64,000 nt of DNA from a virus, in the IMG/VR virus record IMGVR_UViG_3300037572_000374, positions 14,506 through 78,505 of that record, one strand, 5' to 3'. The position numbers and the translations under genes are program-made. This document shows positions 17,851 through 28,417 of this stretch, in pieces. The first letter of the stretch is position 1. Each line of letters opens with the position of its first letter. The notes beneath the pieces were generated by a model. That model saw nothing but the letters and a program-made list of their open reading frames with translations, was not told where the DNA came from and made no database searches.

Positions 17851-18837
17851 ATGGCATTTAACGTAGGACAAGCTCCAGCAGGAGTATTAGCAAAAGCATT
17901 AACTGGAAACATTTTCGTTGAGCAAAGTTTAGCTTACATGAACGAAGGAGACAAAGATGGATACAATGCTTACAAGCATGACATCAAGAACGTATTGAGA
18001 TCAAGAAGCGACAATCCAGCTTCAGTGGTAGCAAATACTTCTAAAAAACAAAACTATAAGAGAAGTTTGGCAGTAGTTGAGTCTTTTGAGACTTTCGACC
18101 CATCTGACTACTATACTCATTGGAAAGATTACCAACCAGCTGGAGAGTTTCAGTGGGAGGAATTACCAGTAGAAGTAAAGAATGTTCTTGAAGAATTATT
18201 CTTAGGAAACGCTGCTGAAGCAGTAGAAGATGAATTAACTAACGGAACTTCAGGTTTAGTTGGTGGACTTATCGCTCAGTTAGAGTCTAGCTCATTAACA
18301 TCTTTAGATGGTGCTGAAGCAACTCCAACTCAAAACGTAGATAACACTGCTATCGCTTTTAGAGCATCTGCAGGTTTAGCTGGAGACAGCGAAGGAGTAG
18401 CACTTACAACTTCTAACATCTTCCAAACTTTAGAGAAATTGATCAAGAATCAAACTAAAGCAATGAGAAAAAGAGCTGGTAGAAAATTCATGGTATCTCA
18501 CGGTACTGCTGACTTACTTAGAGAAGCTCAGAGATTAGAATTAAACTTCAAAGGAGTTGATACTACAGAAGAAGGAATCATGAGATATGCAGGTTACGAT
18601 ATTATCGAAAACCCAAGTTTCCCAGATGATACTATCTTATTCTGTTCAATGACTGGAGATATGAAAACTGATGCTATCCAATTAGGTACATCTATGTCTT
18701 CTGACTTCAACAACTTAGAAGTAAACAGAGTTTCTCCATTCGGAAGAACTTATGGAATGCTTTTAACTTTTGCTATCGATATTTTCGTAGTAAGACCAGA
18801 AGAAGTATGTTTCTATACTACTGCAACTATAGCTTAA
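17851..18837 (+). CDS. Major capsid protein
   Basis: 328 aa after protease/scaffold, highly expressed codon bias, followed by a hairpin. Confidence 0.7.
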   Translation: MAFNVGQAPAGVLAKALTGNIFVEQSLAYMNEGDKDGYNAYKHDIKNVLRSRSDNPASVVANTSKKQNYKRSLAVVESFETFDPSDYYTHWKDYQPAGEFQWEELPVEVKNVLEELFLGNAAEAVEDELTNGTSGLVGGLIAQLESSSLTSLDGAEATPTQNVDNTAIAFRASAGLAGDSEGVALTTSNIFQTLEKLIKNQTKAMRKRAGRKFMVSHGTADLLREAQRLELNFKGVDTTEEGIMRYAGYDIIENPSFPDDTILFCSMTGDMKTDAIQLGTSMSSDFNNLEVNRVSPFGRTYGMLLTFAIDIFVVRPEEVCFYTTATIA

Positions 18838-18935
18838 TTTTAATCAATTAGACTAAGTAATTTAATAATAAATATGGATCCCTATTCTTCATTGAGTAGG
18901 GATATCATATAATCTAATTTTAAAAATTAACAATT

Positions 18936-19505
18936 ATGGCAATATGTGATGGATTAATCGCAGCTGGTATCGCAAGAGATTGTGATACAGTAAATGCTGC
19001 AGTTGGTGTAGACAAGGATTTAATCTTGGTAAACTATGATGATTTCGATAAGACTTTATCATTGGCTACAAGAGAAGCTGACGACACTAACAACAATATA
19101 GGAGGATTATCAAACATCGAATTAAAACTAGATACAGTACAATATGTATTCGCTGGTACTGATTATTCAGTAATTCCAAACATTACTTCAGAAGTGAAGG
19201 ATGATGGAGATTCAATGTTTGTACACTCAATAGCTTTTACTGTTTACAGTAAGGCAGCTGCTGATAGAAAAACTCTTGAAGCTTTAGCTGGAGCTAGAGT
19301 AATAGCAATCGCTGTAGACCGTTCAACTGGTTTATACGAACTTTTTGGTGCAGACCAAGGATTGAAATTAAGTGGACTTGAAAGAGCTTACACTGGTTCT
19401 CAATCTTCAAACTTTTACACAGTAACAATAGCTACTCCAGACATCGCGGTTATTCGTGAGTCTAGTATGGGAGAATTAGCTGTAGGAATTAACACTGCAG
19501 TATAA
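18936..19505 (+). CDS. Major tail tube protein
   Basis: MAICD..C N-terminus and LFGADQGL motif typical of flavophage tail tube proteins. Confidence 0.6.
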   Translation: MAICDGLIAAGIARDCDTVNAAVGVDKDLILVNYDDFDKTLSLATREADDTNNNIGGLSNIELKLDTVQYVFAGTDYSVIPNITSEVKDDGDSMFVHSIAFTVYSKAAADRKTLEALAGARVIAIAVDRSTGLYELFGADQGLKLSGLERAYTGSQSSNFYTVTIATPDIAVIRESSMGELAVGINTAV

Positions 19506-19529
19506 TTACAGCTTAACAATAGTATTTGA

Positions 19530-19562
19530 AAAAAGCATAGGTTTACCTCTATGCTTTTTTTT
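19530..19562 (+). terminator. Rho-independent terminator
   Basis: AAAAAGCATAG..CTATGCTTTTTTT. Confidence 0.7.
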
Positions 19563-19733
19563 AATATTACAACTAAAACTTATTTTTAAGAGCTCTAATG
19601 CACTTAAAAAACTTTATCGATACAATACCTCGATATACACTTAACCTAGCTTAGGGCTTATTAGAATCGCAATCTAAAGGTTATCTAAAGAACAACACAC
19701 ATAAAACAATAACCTCTCAAACAGCAATACAAG

Positions 19734-20867
19734 ATGAGTAATAAGGTACAGAAAATAAAAAATCTTCGCACGTTGAAGGCTTTAAGAGGTCAATCTCTAA
19801 CAATTGATTTAGGAAAAGCATTCACTGGAACATTGACGGCTTGGATGAAAAGAAAGCCAACTGACTCCACATACAGATCCTTTACGATTGTAGATGGAAG
19901 ATATTTATTTCTTCCAAAAGAAAAGGCACAAGATTTATCAGCTACTGATTTGGTAGAGGGTAAGTGGTACTTTGACGTTAGACAACTTCCAGTTGGAAGT
20001 ACAGATCCTAACGACGAAGAAATAATTTATACTGGAACAATTGATTTCAGTAATCAAATTACAGATTCCAGTGGAATAGAAGTAGCTACAACTCCAGAAG
20101 TAGAAAGTGGAATGATAAATCTATCAAACACTTCCTCTGTATATGGAACAGTAGGGCAAGTAGTAAAAGCAAAAGAATTAATAAAAGATATTGCTGAAGT
20201 AAAAACAATTAAGGCAATGAGGGGAACCTCTTTGTCAATTGATTTAGGAAAAGATTGGAGTGGATATAAGTTAGAAGCATGGATGAAGAAGGATCCAAAT
20301 TCAGCTACCTACAGATCTTTTACAATAGTAGATGATAGATTTTTATTCTTACCAAAAGAAAAAACTCAAGATTATCATAATGCTGATACTGGAGTTCTTT
20401 TAGAGGACATTCAAGGCAAGTGGCATTTTGATGTAAGAGCAGTTCCAGATGCAGCAGTAAATGCTGATGATGAGCAAATTGTATTAAGAGGCGTAATATA
20501 CTTCGAAGAAAATATTACAGACTCAGTAGGAGTTGAGTTGGTATATGATCCAACGAACACAAACTTATTTATCGATAATGCAGATACACCATTGTCGTAC
20601 AATGGAGATGCAGGTAAGTTTCTTGTAGTAAACTCTACAGAGACTGCTATAGAATTTGCTACAATAGTACAAGATAAACATTATACACACGACCAAGGTA
20701 TACCTAGTCAAGTGTGGACTATAAATCATGGGTTAAATAAATACCCAACAGCAGTAGCTGTAGATACGGCAAAAAGCGTAGTTGTGGGTATGATTGACTA
20801 CATAGACTTAAACAATATAACAATAACATTTAATGCTTCTTTTAGTGGAGAGACTTACTTAAACTAA
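19734..20867 (+). CDS. Tail/baseplate adaptor with internally duplicated domain
   Basis: Two copies of a ~110 aa unit (RG.SL.IDLGK...W.FDVR...ITDS.G.E). Confidence 0.55.
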   Translation: MSNKVQKIKNLRTLKALRGQSLTIDLGKAFTGTLTAWMKRKPTDSTYRSFTIVDGRYLFLPKEKAQDLSATDLVEGKWYFDVRQLPVGSTDPNDEEIIYTGTIDFSNQITDSSGIEVATTPEVESGMINLSNTSSVYGTVGQVVKAKELIKDIAEVKTIKAMRGTSLSIDLGKDWSGYKLEAWMKKDPNSATYRSFTIVDDRFLFLPKEKTQDYHNADTGVLLEDIQGKWHFDVRAVPDAAVNADDEQIVLRGVIYFEENITDSVGVELVYDPTNTNLFIDNADTPLSYNGDAGKFLVVNSTETAIEFATIVQDKHYTHDQGIPSQVWTINHGLNKYPTAVAVDTAKSVVVGMIDYIDLNNITITFNASFSGETYLN

Positions 20868-20886
20868 TAAAATAAAATAAATAATT

Positions 20887-22800
20887 ATGGCAGTAATAAA
20901 ACACTTAGTAGATTTAGATTTATCAAAAAATCAATTACTAAACGCAGTTATTCAAAACTTAGCTGTAGCTCCAACTTCACCAAACGTAGGTCAAGTTTAT
21001 TATGATACCGTAGATGATACAGTATACACATGGAATGGCTCTAGTTGGTTAGACTTAGGAAATCAAGGAACTGGTGGTACAGATTTATCTTACACTCCAG
21101 CAACGAACCAAGGTACAGTAAATAATACCACAGGAACGAATGCAACTATTCCATTAGCAGATGGAACTAATGCTGGTCTTATGACTGCGTCAGAAAAAAC
21201 AATAGTTGGAAATCAAAGTGGAACAAACACAGGAGATAATGCAACTAACTCACAGTATAGTGGATTAGTAAGTAACGTTTCTACAAATTTAAGTGAAGGA
21301 ACAACTACAACTACAACTGTAGATGTAAACTCTTCTGATGGTACAAATGCAACTTTGGCTGCAGCATCTACAAGTAGAGCAGGTGTAATGTCATCAGCTA
21401 AATTTGATGAAGTAGAAGCAAACACAACTGCAATAGCAGGATTGGATACAAACACAGTAACTAACATTACTATTGTAGAAGCTCCAACTAATGTGTCTGT
21501 TCAATCTTCGGATGGTTCAAATGATACAATAGCCGCAGCAAATACAACAAATGCTGGGGTTATGACCAAAGCTATGTTTGATGAGCATACGGCAAACAAC
21601 AACAAAGTAAGTGATATCAATCATAACGTTAGTACTAACTTAGGAATAACTAAGAGTGCAACTACAAACATAATCACTTCAAGTGATGGTACGGATGCAA
21701 CTATAACTGCAGCTACTACATCGAATGCTGGTCTTATGACTAAAGCAATCTTTGACGAGCATACTGCAAACAACGCCAAAGTGTCTAACGTAGACGAAAC
21801 ATTAACTTCATTGGGTCTCAGTGCAAACATTCTTACATATACTGATGAGGATGGTACAGAAACTGACTTAGATTTATCTCTTTATTTAGATGACTCTAAC
21901 TTAGCTAGATTAACTAGTGGTTCTTTAAATAGTACAACTGGATTAGCAACTTTCACAAGAGATGATGCTTCTACTTTTACTATTGATATGTCTGCATTCT
22001 TAGATGCAATCACATTAAATAATACATTGACTTCAACTTCTACTACGGAAGGTTTAACTGCAGCTCAAGGTAAGGCTTTAAAAGACTTAATTGACACTAT
22101 CAATACTAACAATACAGGAACTAACACTGGTGACCAAGATTTAAGTGGACTTTTACTTAATACTTCAGATACCCTTACGGGAAATCTATTAGTTGATGGT
22201 GAAGTACATATTGGTACTGCAGATAACTTTATTAAAGTAGATAGTGGTACTGACCAATTACTCATTAATGCTGATAGTGGTATTAAGATAGAGAGTGATG
22301 ATGGAGTTAGCTTATCTATAACAGATGTTGTAGAAATAGCGGGTACTGGTGGAATTTCTGATGGAACTAATAGTTTTGGCTTTCCAGCTTCAAGTGGTAC
22401 AATAGCTTTAACAAGTGACTTTAGTGGAACTAACACTGGTGATGAAACTAGTGCCTCTCTTACGAATGAAGGTATAGCATTCTTAGCTTCTCAAGCAGAA
22501 GTTAATGCTGGAACAAATACAACTAAAATTGTAACTCCAAGTAGATTAAGAAGTACTTTAGGAATTACAGCTACACTTTCAACTACACTTACATATAGTG
22601 AATTGATAGGAGATGGTAGTGCTACTTCAATAGTAGTTACTCATGGTATAGGAAACCAATTCGTACAAGCGCAAGTGTATGAGGTTGCAGGAATGGATAA
22701 GGTAGAGTGTGAAATAGAATTAACTTCTACTACAACTACAACTTTCAAATTCAATGTAGCTCCAGCATCTAATGCCTTAAGGGTAGTAATAATAGGATAA
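20887..22800 (+). CDS. Tail fibre protein
   Basis: Thr/Ser/Asn-rich repeats (SSDGT.ATI.AA.T..AG.M). Confidence 0.7.
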   Translation: MAVIKHLVDLDLSKNQLLNAVIQNLAVAPTSPNVGQVYYDTVDDTVYTWNGSSWLDLGNQGTGGTDLSYTPATNQGTVNNTTGTNATIPLADGTNAGLMTASEKTIVGNQSGTNTGDNATNSQYSGLVSNVSTNLSEGTTTTTTVDVNSSDGTNATLAAASTSRAGVMSSAKFDEVEANTTAIAGLDTNTVTNITIVEAPTNVSVQSSDGSNDTIAAANTTNAGVMTKAMFDEHTANNNKVSDINHNVSTNLGITKSATTNIITSSDGTDATITAATTSNAGLMTKAIFDEHTANNAKVSNVDETLTSLGLSANILTYTDEDGTETDLDLSLYLDDSNLARLTSGSLNSTTGLATFTRDDASTFTIDMSAFLDAITLNNTLTSTSTTEGLTAAQGKALKDLIDTINTNNTGTNTGDQDLSGLLLNTSDTLTGNLLVDGEVHIGTADNFIKVDSGTDQLLINADSGIKIESDDGVSLSITDVVEIAGTGGISDGTNSFGFPASSGTIALTSDFSGTNTGDETSASLTNEGIAFLASQAEVNAGTNTTKIVTPSRLRSTLGITATLSTTLTYSELIGDGSATSIVVTHGIGNQFVQAQVYEVAGMDKVECEIELTSTTTTTFKFNVAPASNALRVVIIG

Positions 22801-22838
22801 GAAAATAAATCATATTATTATTTAAACAATAAGAAATT

Positions 22839-22870
22839 AATAGGGGTGACTTTGGTCGCTCCTATTTTTT
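22839..22870 (+). terminator. Rho-independent terminator
   Basis: AATAGGGGTGAC..GTCGCTCCTATT followed by T run. Confidence 0.7.
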
Positions 22871-22893
22871 ACAAAATAAAAAATAAAAATAAT

Positions 22894-25545
22894 ATGGCGA
22901 ATAAAAAAATATTAACAGATTTAAATATTGGTGGTGACGTTCAAGCTAATTCATTTGTTAAAGATGATGGAATAAGTTCTCAATTCTTAAAAGCAGATGG
23001 TAGTGTAGATTCAACAAGTTATTCTACTTTCGATGGTGCTTACTCTAGTTTAACGGGAGCGCCAAGTATCCCAACAAACACTAGTTTTGTAGATTTAACC
23101 ACTGCTCAAACAATAGCGGGAAATAAGACTTTTACGGACGATATATATTTTGATGTTTCAGACAACTCTATTGGAACAAATGCTGAGGACCTTTTACATT
23201 TCAATGGTGATAGTGGAATTAGATTCGATACTGGTGATGGAATTTCTTTAGAGATGACGGATGCAGTAGTTTTTGGTGGTGCACCAGCAATGTCTATTGG
23301 TAATGGAAATCTAGCTTTTGGAAATCTTAATGCAGATAGAACCTTTACTTTCCCAGACGCAAGTGGAACTATAGCTTTAACAAGTAACATTCCAACAGAT
23401 TTTGTATCAGGAAGTAATGGTGGAACTTTTGAGGATAATGTTACTTTTGAAGGTGATGTTAGATTGCATGAAGGTAGTAAAGTTATATTTGATAACGATG
23501 GTGATTCTTTTGCTAATATATTTTACGATGTAGATGGTACTGGTAAAATGATTTACAACTCAGTAGATGAACACCACTTTAAAAATGGTGATGATGGTCA
23601 ATATGATAATGTTAAAGCAAATTCATTTGTTAAAGATGGTGGAACAAGTTCTCAATTCTTAAAAGCAGATGGAACTACGGATTCAAATACATACCTTACA
23701 TCTAGTTCAACTCAAAGTAAATACTTAAGAAGTGATGCTGATGATACAACTACTGGTAGTATAACTGCTAAGAGATTTTATGTAGCTAATAATGAAAGTG
23801 CTAATAACTGGGGACTACAACTTAGAAATAATGCAGGTACAGCAGATAGTGGAATATATTTTAATGGTGATAGTTCAGAGCTTTATTTAAGAGATAGCTC
23901 TAATGCTATTGGCGCAAGAATTAGAAGTAATTCTACTAGTTATTTCAATGGCGGTAACGTTGGTATAGGAACAGATAGCCCTAGCGAGAAGTTAGAAGTA
24001 GATGGAAATATAAAATTAACAGGAAGCCTTAATGTAGGCGGGGATATTTATCCAAACGATGAGTCTGGTAATTTATCTATTTATGGTGGTAATGACAATA
24101 CTAATGATGCTCAAATATTATTACATGGAAATAGTAATCTTTGGGGTTCTTTGGAATTCAACTATGGTTATGATGCTGTAAATAGCTTCTTAAAGGTTAG
24201 CCAAGGTGCTACTGAACACTTACGTGTAACGAATGGTGGTAAAGTAGGTATAGGGACAGATAGCCCATCGTCACAGTTTGATGTGATAGGTGGTAATGAT
24301 TATGAAACTATGTCTTTAGGTAAAAGTTTAACGGACAATGGAGTAAAGAGGTCTGGTATATCATTTAAACATTACGATACAGATGAACAAAATGTAGCTA
24401 TGATTAATAGTTATATAGATTCTGGAATAAGTTATGTTTCTATTGGTGGTAGTGCCGCAGCTTTAAACTCTGTTGAGGTTGTTAGATTTTACACATCCTC
24501 TAACACGACTACTCTTAGTGGTACTGAGAGGATGAGAATTCAAAACAATGGTAGAGTAGGTATTGGTACAAATGCACCAACTCAAATGCTTCATGTAGAT
24601 GGAAACATTCTAGCTAATGAAGATGTGTTTTGTGATAATGTAGGAGTTGGTTCAACTGACGTAACATCCAATTTTAATTCATTTACAGTAGTTAAATTGA
24701 AAAGTGCTGGTAACAATGAGTTGATATTAGACCATACTGATGGTGGTGCTGGTTCCGACCTTGGATTAATTTCATTTGAAAGGAATGGAGACCATTTGGC
24801 TCACATAAGAGCAGCTCATCAAACAGCTACAGATGATGCTTTAATATCTTTTCACACTCAATCAACTGGTGGAAGTTTTAGTAACGCAGCTTCTAATGAG
24901 AGGATGAGAATTGATTCTACTGGAAACGTTGGAATAGGGGAAGATGACCCTTCATTTAAACTAGATATAGTTAGTGGGTCTAACAATGGTATTAAGATTT
25001 CTCAACAATCTAGTACAAACACTTGGAATGGTTTAGGAATGTTGAGCTATGTTTCTGAGGCGCAGGCAAATGCCTTGGCAGATTCTAGTTATATATTTAC
25101 AACAAACCCAAGTTCACAAACAGAAACAGCATTTTCTAAATTTGGTGGATTAGTTATTCAAGGAAGAGACGATGGAAACTCTAGTTTTGCTATTAGATTA
25201 GGAAGTGGAAGTGGACACTCTACACGTATGTTTATGAGCGCAACTGGTGTTACAACCTTTAGTAATACAGTTACTGCAACAAACTTTATATTATCTTCGG
25301 ATAGTAGACTTAAGGAAAATGTTGAAAAGGTTGACAACAAATCTATTGACGTAGATTGGAAGACTTTTGAAATGAAATCTGACAAGGGTCAAAAGAGATA
25401 TGGAGTAATAGCTCAAGAGTTAGAAGAGGCTCATCCAGAGTTTGTGAGAACAGATGATGAAGGAATGAAGTCTGTAGCTTATATAGACTTACTAATTGCT
25501 AAGATAGCTGAATTAGAAGCTAGATTAAAAAAAGCTGGTATATAA
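22894..25545 (+). CDS. Tail fibre with C-terminal intramolecular chaperone (peptidase S74)
   Basis: GNVGIGT..P repeats; SDSRLKEN...YGVIAQELE...LIAKIAELEARL. Confidence 0.85.
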   Translation: MANKKILTDLNIGGDVQANSFVKDDGISSQFLKADGSVDSTSYSTFDGAYSSLTGAPSIPTNTSFVDLTTAQTIAGNKTFTDDIYFDVSDNSIGTNAEDLLHFNGDSGIRFDTGDGISLEMTDAVVFGGAPAMSIGNGNLAFGNLNADRTFTFPDASGTIALTSNIPTDFVSGSNGGTFEDNVTFEGDVRLHEGSKVIFDNDGDSFANIFYDVDGTGKMIYNSVDEHHFKNGDDGQYDNVKANSFVKDGGTSSQFLKADGTTDSNTYLTSSSTQSKYLRSDADDTTTGSITAKRFYVANNESANNWGLQLRNNAGTADSGIYFNGDSSELYLRDSSNAIGARIRSNSTSYFNGGNVGIGTDSPSEKLEVDGNIKLTGSLNVGGDIYPNDESGNLSIYGGNDNTNDAQILLHGNSNLWGSLEFNYGYDAVNSFLKVSQGATEHLRVTNGGKVGIGTDSPSSQFDVIGGNDYETMSLGKSLTDNGVKRSGISFKHYDTDEQNVAMINSYIDSGISYVSIGGSAAALNSVEVVRFYTSSNTTTLSGTERMRIQNNGRVGIGTNAPTQMLHVDGNILANEDVFCDNVGVGSTDVTSNFNSFTVVKLKSAGNNELILDHTDGGAGSDLGLISFERNGDHLAHIRAAHQTATDDALISFHTQSTGGSFSNAASNERMRIDSTGNVGIGEDDPSFKLDIVSGSNNGIKISQQSSTNTWNGLGMLSYVSEAQANALADSSYIFTTNPSSQTETAFSKFGGLVIQGRDDGNSSFAIRLGSGSGHSTRMFMSATGVTTFSNTVTATNFILSSDSRLKENVEKVDNKSIDVDWKTFEMKSDKGQKRYGVIAQELEEAHPEFVRTDDEGMKSVAYIDLLIAKIAELEARLKKAGI

Positions 25546-26087
25546 TGGCAGTACCAGATACAACTACTTTTTCACTACAAGACGTAGTGAGTGAGATTAA
25601 TCCAACGACGGATGATTTGTTAGATTGTGTTTCAGATGCATCTTCTGGAAGCTATGATGGAACGTATTATACTAATCCAGCAACTAGCTTATTAGAATTT
25701 AGAAATTATGGAGCAAGTGCTGCGACAATAGTGGTAGCTGTTTCTGGAAATAATTTCTTAGTAAATGGAGCTACGGCTTTTCAAGGATTTCAAATAGAGT
25801 TTGAGTTTGTAAGTCAAACAGACAATCTTGATTTTGGTGGTACACCAGCAGTAGTAAAGAAGGGTGGAAGTACCGTTTCCGTAGGAGCTACCGATACTAT
25901 AAACACAGTTGGTGGTCCAGGCAATTTGTGGAATGCTGACCCTGGAGCTGGTAGTCCATTTACCGTTACTTTACCTCTTGGTGGTCAATCTACAATAGTT
26001 TGGGGAGTTAAAATTAATTCAACAACAGTAGACACTTTTCCAACTGGACAAGTAACTATGACAAGAGTGTATCAAGGTATAGATTAA
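25545..26087 (+). CDS. Tail fibre-associated protein
   Basis: Coupled to the fibre gene; SLLEFRNYG motif. Confidence 0.5.
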   Translation: MAVPDTTTFSLQDVVSEINPTTDDLLDCVSDASSGSYDGTYYTNPATSLLEFRNYGASAATIVVAVSGNNFLVNGATAFQGFQIEFEFVSQTDNLDFGGTPAVVKKGGSTVSVGATDTINTVGGPGNLWNADPGAGSPFTVTLPLGGQSTIVWGVKINSTTVDTFPTGQVTMTRVYQGID

Positions 26088-26179
26088 CAAACAACAAAAA
26101 ATAATAAATCTATATAACTCCTCTCTTAATTGAGGGGAGTATATATAATGACAAGCCGATAACAACTAACAATACAACA

Positions 26180-26869
26180 ATGAACGAGAAAAGCATATTT
26201 TCCATTTTGGAAACAATTGAAAATCCTTATTTAATTACATTGATCTTTCTCATCATCTCGCTTGCGGTGATATATAAAGAAGCAATTATTAAGAATGTAA
26301 TAGGTAAGTTTTTCAAAAAGAAAAAACCAGTACAAAAGATTCAAGATCTACTTCTGCATGATGTATTTGCTACATTAGAAAGAGCTACACATGAAGTTAA
26401 GATAATGAAATTTTATACGAACAAAAAGTACGACAAAGTTAAGTCTAAGATGTGTTATGATTTTACAAAAAGCAAATCAAGGACTTGTGCTATGCATATG
26501 AAAAATCTTGCAAGATATCCTAAAATGGAGACAATGTCTAATGCAGAGTTGAAAAACTTTATTATAGATGCTCAAAACAAGATGCATAAGGATTATGTAG
26601 ATAACACCAGAAATCTTTGGTTAGCGAAAGGAATATTGGAAGAAGATGTTGATCATGTGATACATCTATTTGAGACATTTAGATACGATGTAGTAAACTC
26701 TTTTGAACATAGAATAGAATCTATCTTTGGAAGTAGTTTTCATTCAACAAATTTTGACAAGACTTTAGCTGTTTTTAATATGTGGGCAATGGGAATAGAT
26801 TTACTACCTAGAGATATGCAAATAACTTTTGAAGGATTAAATGGTAAATTTAAGAACATCAAGTACTGA
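26180..26869 (+). CDS. N-terminally anchored membrane protein, possible lysis component
   Basis: One TM helix; directly upstream of endolysin. Confidence 0.4.
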   Translation: MNEKSIFSILETIENPYLITLIFLIISLAVIYKEAIIKNVIGKFFKKKKPVQKIQDLLLHDVFATLERATHEVKIMKFYTNKKYDKVKSKMCYDFTKSKSRTCAMHMKNLARYPKMETMSNAELKNFIIDAQNKMHKDYVDNTRNLWLAKGILEEDVDHVIHLFETFRYDVVNSFEHRIESIFGSSFHSTNFDKTLAVFNMWAMGIDLLPRDMQITFEGLNGKFKNIKY

Positions 26870-26889
26870 TTAACTAAAAACAAAAAATT

Positions 26890-27309
26890 ATGGAATTCAA
26901 ATTAAGTAGAAACTCAAAGAAGAATATTAAAGATATTGACAAACGATTAATCAAGTTAGTGAATAGAGTACTTAAAAAATCAGAAATTGATTTTGGCATA
27001 CCAAGCAATGGAGGAATGAGAACTGCACAACAGCAGAACAACTTATTTCATCAAAGACCTAAGGTGACACAAATAGATGGATTTAAAAGAACCTCATATC
27101 ATCAAACGGGAAAGGCTTTTGATATATTTGTTTATGACGAACATGGTGCATGTTGGGATTGTAAAGAAAAATATGTTTCATTAAGTATTTTATTTAAGGA
27201 AGAATTTGCAATAATGCAAAACGAATGTATCTTTGAAGAAGAAGAAGAATTACAATGGGGTGGTGATTGGATTAGATTTAAGGATCTTCCACACTTCCAA
27301 CTTGTTTAA
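26890..27309 (+). CDS. Endolysin, M15 L-Ala-D-Glu peptidase
   Basis: RTAQQQ, SYHQTGKAFD, WGGDW..KDLPHFQL. Confidence 0.85.
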   Translation: MEFKLSRNSKKNIKDIDKRLIKLVNRVLKKSEIDFGIPSNGGMRTAQQQNNLFHQRPKVTQIDGFKRTSYHQTGKAFDIFVYDEHGACWDCKEKYVSLSILFKEEFAIMQNECIFEEEEELQWGGDWIRFKDLPHFQLV

Positions 27310-27398
27310 TACAAGTAAAATAAATAATAAATAAACTAGCAACTCAAGTACAAGAGCTGCTAGTTTTTTTTATTTTTTGTAAAAAATTTCGTTTTAAT

Positions 27399-27431
27399 GT
27401 TGCTTCGTATATTTTAAAAGGAGTATCTTTA
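27399..27431 (+). promoter_or_regulatory. sigmaA-type promoter motif
   Basis: GTTGCTTCGTAT..GGAGTATCTTTA. Confidence 0.75.
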
Positions 27432-27446
27432 CCAAAAATTAATATT

Positions 27447-27602
27447 ATGAACATTATAGAATTAAAATTTGCAATTGAATTAACAAAGAAGATTGAGTCA
27501 AATGAAGTAACTTGTTTACAGGATGCTTTTGACTTTGGAAAAGGAAAGTCTTTGATCAATAGAAAATTTGTTAATCAAGTTTATACATTAAATCAAAAAT
27601 AA
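27447..27602 (+). CDS. Hypothetical protein, 51 aa
   Basis: Hand-called ORF directly after the promoter. Confidence 0.5.
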   Translation: MNIIELKFAIELTKKIESNEVTCLQDAFDFGKGKSLINRKFVNQVYTLNQK

Positions 27603-27640
27603 ACACCTCTAAGAGGTTTAAATAATTAAAACGATATATT

Positions 27641-27808
27641 ATGATAGAAGTAGTTAAACATGCCTTAGGACTTTGTGGAGAGCATTATCATCCTAACTTA
27701 TGGACTCTTTTGATTGGAGGATTTGGAATAGGAACAACTATTAAGTTTGCAATATCATATTGTAGATGTAAAATAAAGAGTATCTTTAACGAAAAAAATG
27801 AACTGTAA
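27641..27808 (+). CDS. Small membrane protein, 55 aa
   Basis: Hand-called: MIEVVKHALGLCGEHYHPNLWTLLIGG... Confidence 0.5.
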   Translation: MIEVVKHALGLCGEHYHPNLWTLLIGGFGIGTTIKFAISYCRCKIKSIFNEKNEL

Positions 27809-28301
27809 AAATTGTAACACAGAAAAGAATATAGTTAATAAACACTTTGGCTTATGTCAAGAGTGTAATAACGAACGATTACATGGATCTAAATATGGTA
27901 AGACATATACTATGTCCAAGAAAGAAATTAAACCTCTTAGAAGTCGTAAGAATAAGGCAAAGAAGAGTTTATTTAGTAACGTAGAAGCTACACCTAAAAA
28001 GAATATAAAGAGATTAGCTGAAGATGAAGCATTTTATCAAGAGTGTTTCGATCTATCTAATCACAAATGTGAGGAGTGTGGAGTACAATTACCTACAGAA
28101 TTTAGAAATGATGAAGGAAAGGTAAATGCAAGATGGAGATATAGTCATATAGTAGCTAAAAGCATAGCACCAGAGTTAAGACACGATACAAATAATATCA
28201 ATCATTTATGTCTTAAACATCATACACAATGGGATCATGGTGATAAGAAAAGTATGAAGATATATGATGGCAACAAAGGCCGTTTATCAAGGTACTTTTA
28301 G
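27798..28301 (+). CDS. Zn-finger/HNH-like nuclease
   Basis: CxxC pairs; SHIV...N..HLCLKHH. Confidence 0.6.
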   Translation: MNCKNCNTEKNIVNKHFGLCQECNNERLHGSKYGKTYTMSKKEIKPLRSRKNKAKKSLFSNVEATPKKNIKRLAEDEAFYQECFDLSNHKCEECGVQLPTEFRNDEGKVNARWRYSHIVAKSIAPELRHDTNNINHLCLKHHTQWDHGDKKSMKIYDGNKGRLSRYF

Positions 28302-28333
28302 GTCAATAGCTTATTGAGTATCAGAGGATTAGC

Positions 28334-28353
28334 TAACCTTCATATAATAGAAG
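28334..28353 (+). promoter_or_regulatory. Candidate phage RNAP promoter, copy 3
   Basis: TAACCTTCATATAATAGAAG upstream of the DNA metabolism region. Confidence 0.75.
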
Positions 28354-28417
28354 ACAAAGTAGTTTTGAAACAACGGTTATTTGAAAAGAAATTAATAATA
28401 AATAAAGTAAATATAAT

